Part shown: positions 34,946 through 37,888 of the stretch, piece after piece
How positions within the stretch are numbered: position 1 is the stretch's first letter
How the letters are laid out: every line of letters begins with the position of its first letter
Assembly (NCBI RefSeq): GCF_001194135.2
Contig: NC_068988.1
Location: forward strand, 79,438,576-79,476,463
Length of the DNA stretch: 37,888 bases
Reading direction: 5' to 3'
Origin: Octopus bimaculoides
Lineage: Eukaryota
Made by a program: the position numbers and the translations under genes
The notes under the pieces: generated by a model
The model's database searches: none
What the model was told of the DNA's origin: nothing
What the model saw: only the letters and a program-made list of their open reading frames with translations

Positions 34946-35233
34946 TTCAGGGTCACGGTTTAAAGAGAGATAAAATTCTGTGTGAACTGATGACTGGATT
35001 GTAAAAATTATTTCAAATGTCTATGCGTTATGAGCGTGAGCGTTAACTATTCAATCATACGTCAAGAACAACTAAAAAACAACAAAAACACCCTATCAGA
35101 CAATACAACCAAGTGCAATCCACAACCATCAAAATTCACTCCATTACATCTCAAATATATACCAGTCAAAACTCGTTCATGTCCAAGAGTGTCCCAATAA
35201 TAATGTAGGTGTGTATATGTGTGTATATATATA

Positions 35234-35329
<96 letters not shown>

Positions 35330-35799
35330 TGCATATAATTAAATATCTAAGTCTTCCTTTATCTAGAACTCCAACAAAAAATATATAAACAATTACATCT
35401 TCAATACAACTATTCTATTTGTTTAAATTGAAATTTAAAAAATTAAATTTAAATGTTGAAGTAAATTTAACGGTTTTTGCGTGTTTTTAAATGGCTTATA
35501 AACACTTTCCACACTGCAATTGTTTATATATATATAGTAAATCCAAAAAAGAAGAACAAAACAAAAAAAAATAACACAAGAACGTGGTACAGATAAAGTA
35601 TTAGCAGATACTCTGGGAAAGAAAGAAAGATGGTTTAACATTTTGAGCAGATGCTCTTCTTCGGAAACAGAGGAAAGTTCAATAGAAAGGAAGACAGGAG
35701 AAAGAAAATCACCAGCGATTCCTATATGGTTACATTTTGAAATGACTGGAAAGGAATGGATGAAGAAAAAGTTCTTTCTAAGGCAGGAGAGTGTAAAAG

Positions 35800-36320
35800 A
35801 AGGAGGTATGTATGTGTATGTGTAGGTATGTGCGGGCGTGCAAGCTTGTGTATATGTGTGTGCATATGTATATATATTGTGTGCGTGTGTATGTGTGTGG
35901 GGTTGTGTGGAGTATATGTGCATTCCTGAGTGCATGTATATATGCCCATGTATGTGTAATTGTATGCGTGTTGTGTAAGCGGTATGTGTGCGTACATGTG
36001 GATGTGTGTGTGCATGTATGTGAGTGTGTATGGAGGTATATGTGCATTATTTTGCGTGTATGCAAGTGATACATATACATATGTATAAATACATATACAT
36101 ATGTATACATATATATGTATACATATATACATATGTATACATATATATGTATACATATATACATATGTATATATACATATATACATATACATATATACAT
36201 ATGTATATATACATATATACATATACATATATACATATGTATATATACATATATACATATGTATATATACATACATATCTAATGTATATATACATATACA
36301 TATATATATATGTATGTATA
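35800..36320. repeat. Compound (GT/AT)-rich and TATACA-type microsatellite
   Basis: Direct. It is the source of several spurious Y/I/M/C/V ORFs. Confidence 0.95.
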
Positions 36321-36856
36321 CAAATTAAAACATTAGGGTAAAAAATTGGATATTAATATCGATTTATTACCAGGAAGCAAGCACATTAAAAGAATCAGAG
36401 AGATTCAGAAAAAATATTTGAGATCTCAAGGGATTATTGTATATGTACATATAAAGGAGACACTAGGTGGACTGTTAATGTGCTAGAAGAAGATCACATG
36501 TAATGTGTCTACTAAGACCTAATTGTTCTCAAATGAAATTCAGCGAAATACCAAAACGTATGCGGGCAAGACTGAAAATTACATAAATATAAATTATCAG
36601 TGTACTATAGTTTTGAAATTAATATTCCCCTACCGAAAATATGTTTCTCATCAGCACGAACTGTAAGGAAAGTATAATTCTCAGAATTTTATACAAGTTG
36701 TTCACCACTAGTCGCGAATGCGCATATGGTTCTGCTAATTATAACTTAATGGTAAAATTCAAAAGTCTTCATTTTGGCGTGTTAATTCCGGAAATATCTC
36801 TGCATCCACTTTGAGAACTTGGTTATGGTTAATCAAATTAAAACATTAGGGTAAAA
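36321..36856 (-). mobile_element. Terminally redundant ~513-nt unit carrying a hammerhead ribozyme fold (retrozyme/Penelope pLTR-like)
   Basis: An exact 23-nt direct repeat CAAATTAAAACATTAGGGTAAAA lies at 36321-36343 and 36834-36856, with an internal hammerhead fold. Confidence 0.65.
36600..36657 (-). ncRNA. Minimal type-I hammerhead ribozyme motif (core G12 mutated to A)
   Basis: Minus strand: GUG-CUGAUGA-GAAA[C AUAUU UUCGGUAGGGG AAUAU UAA]UUUC-AAAA-C UAUA G-UA-CAC. All three helices, a GUA cleavage triplet and a palindromic UAUA loop III are present. Confidence 0.75.
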
Positions 36857-36860
36857 CATT

Positions 36861-37156
36861 AGGCTCCACTCTGATTTGGCAGAGTTTCTACAGCTGGATG
36901 CCCTTCCTAACGCCAACCACTCCGAGAGTGTAGTGGGTACTTTTACGTGCCACCAGCACGAAGGCCAGTCAGGCGGTACTGGCAACGGACATGCTCGAAA
37001 TGATGTATTTTACATGCCACCTGCACAGGAGCCAGTCCAGCGGCACTGCCAACGATCTCGCTCGAATGTCTTTCCACGTGCCACCTGCACTGAAGTCAGA
37101 CAGCTGCTCTGGCAACGATCGCGTTCAGACGGTGCTCTTAGCGTTCCACTGGTACA
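36861..37156 (-). mobile_element. RTE 3'UTR fragment with three tandem subunits
   Basis: Homologous to 125-360. Confidence 0.85.
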
Positions 37157-37404
37157 TATATATATATATATATAAATATATAAAACACAGAAATGTTATG
37201 TCATGTTTTGTATTAAAAAATAATCTACAGATGTTGTCCAATTGATTTGTTTGTTGATCTAAAGTTTTTTTCTGTTTTCCGATTATTTGAATTTGATACC
37301 TGATAAACTTTTGTTTATTCTGTTCCTACCCATACCCTACGAGCATAGTGTGCCTGCATACCCATGTCCAGGGATAGCACAGGTAACTGACACCGATAGT
37401 AAAT

Positions 37405-37790
37405 CTCTTTTACTCTTTTACTTGTTTCAGTCATTTGACTGTGGCCATGATGGAGCACCGCCTTTAGTCGTGCAAATCAATCCCAGGACTTATTCTTTGT
37501 AAGCCTAGTACTTAGTCTATCGGTCTCTTTTGCTGAACCACTAAGTTACAGGGAGGTAAACACTACAGCATCGGTTGTCAAGCGATGTTTGGGGGACAAA
37601 CACACACATACATATATATGTATATACATATATACAACGGGCTTCTTTCAGTTTCTGTCTACCAAATCCACTCACAAGGTGTTGGTCGCCCCGAGGCTAT
37701 AGTTGAAGACACTTGCCCAAGGTGCCACACAGTGGGACTGAACCCAGAACCATGTGGTTCGTAAACAAGCTACTTACCACATAGCCACTC
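37405..37790 (-). mobile_element. Composite tRNA/CORE-like SINE with microsatellite hinge and non-RTE tail
   Basis: The head is GAGTGGCTATGTGGTAAG..GGTTCAGTCCC, followed by the CORE-like GGCACCTTGGGCAAGTGTCTT, a TA/GT hinge, and the tail ..ATGACTGAAACAAGTAAAAGAGTAAAAGAG. Confidence 0.8.
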
Positions 37791-37846
37791 TTCCGGATAT
37801 TTCATCTCTTAGTCAGTCTCTATAACCGCTAACTCTGCTTACCTTT

Positions 37847-37850
<4 letters not shown>

Positions 37851-37888
<38 letters not shown>
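37851..37888. repeat. (TA)n microsatellite
   Basis: Direct. Confidence 0.95.

Noticed and set aside
34986-35172. CTGATGACTGG...CCAGTCAAAA as a hammerhead
   Set aside because: The 6-7-bp match is separated by ~165 nt and overlaps the core, and there is no stem I or III.
34092-36341. Many long Y/I/C/V/M/H/T-rich ORFs
   Set aside because: These are translations of TA/GT/CA microsatellites.
37740-37790. tRNA gene (also at 4722, 9200, 31230)
   Set aside because: These have A/B-box-like motifs but no cloverleaf and run into SINE bodies. They are tRNA-derived SINE heads.

Overview
This is AT-rich, repeat-dense eukaryotic genomic DNA with two N gaps (15137-15530 and 26797-26893). The SINE/RTE families and microsatellite load point to an octopus/coleoid cephalopod (inference). 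The window lies inside the large introns of a minus-strand Polycomb PRC1 gene (BMI1/PCGF/Psc-like). Four phase-consistent coding exons (29615-29670, 21712-21753, 21153-21261, 14143-14206) translate to (R)[90 protein letters not shown]. I did not find the RING exons or the later RAWUL exons in the window. The introns hold decayed transposable elements: many RTE LINE pieces, one CR1-superfamily LINE, a two-LTR Gypsy element with an internal deletion, a full-length Tc1 relic, a mariner relic and MITE, two piggyBac relics, and tRNA-headed SINEs. Nearly all entries in the supplied ORF track are TE fragments, antisense shadows or microsatellite artefacts. The most interesting signals are: (1) a terminally redundant ~513-nt unit carrying a minimal type-I hammerhead ribozyme fold (retrozyme/Penelope-like); (2) an inverted pair of hammerhead-like arms bounded by a 12-bp duplication; (3) a 79-nt candidate exon that is either mutually exclusive with the 109-nt BMI1 exon or a poison exon; (4) a 22-bp intronic hairpin. 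No CRISPR, rRNA or true tRNA genes are supported.
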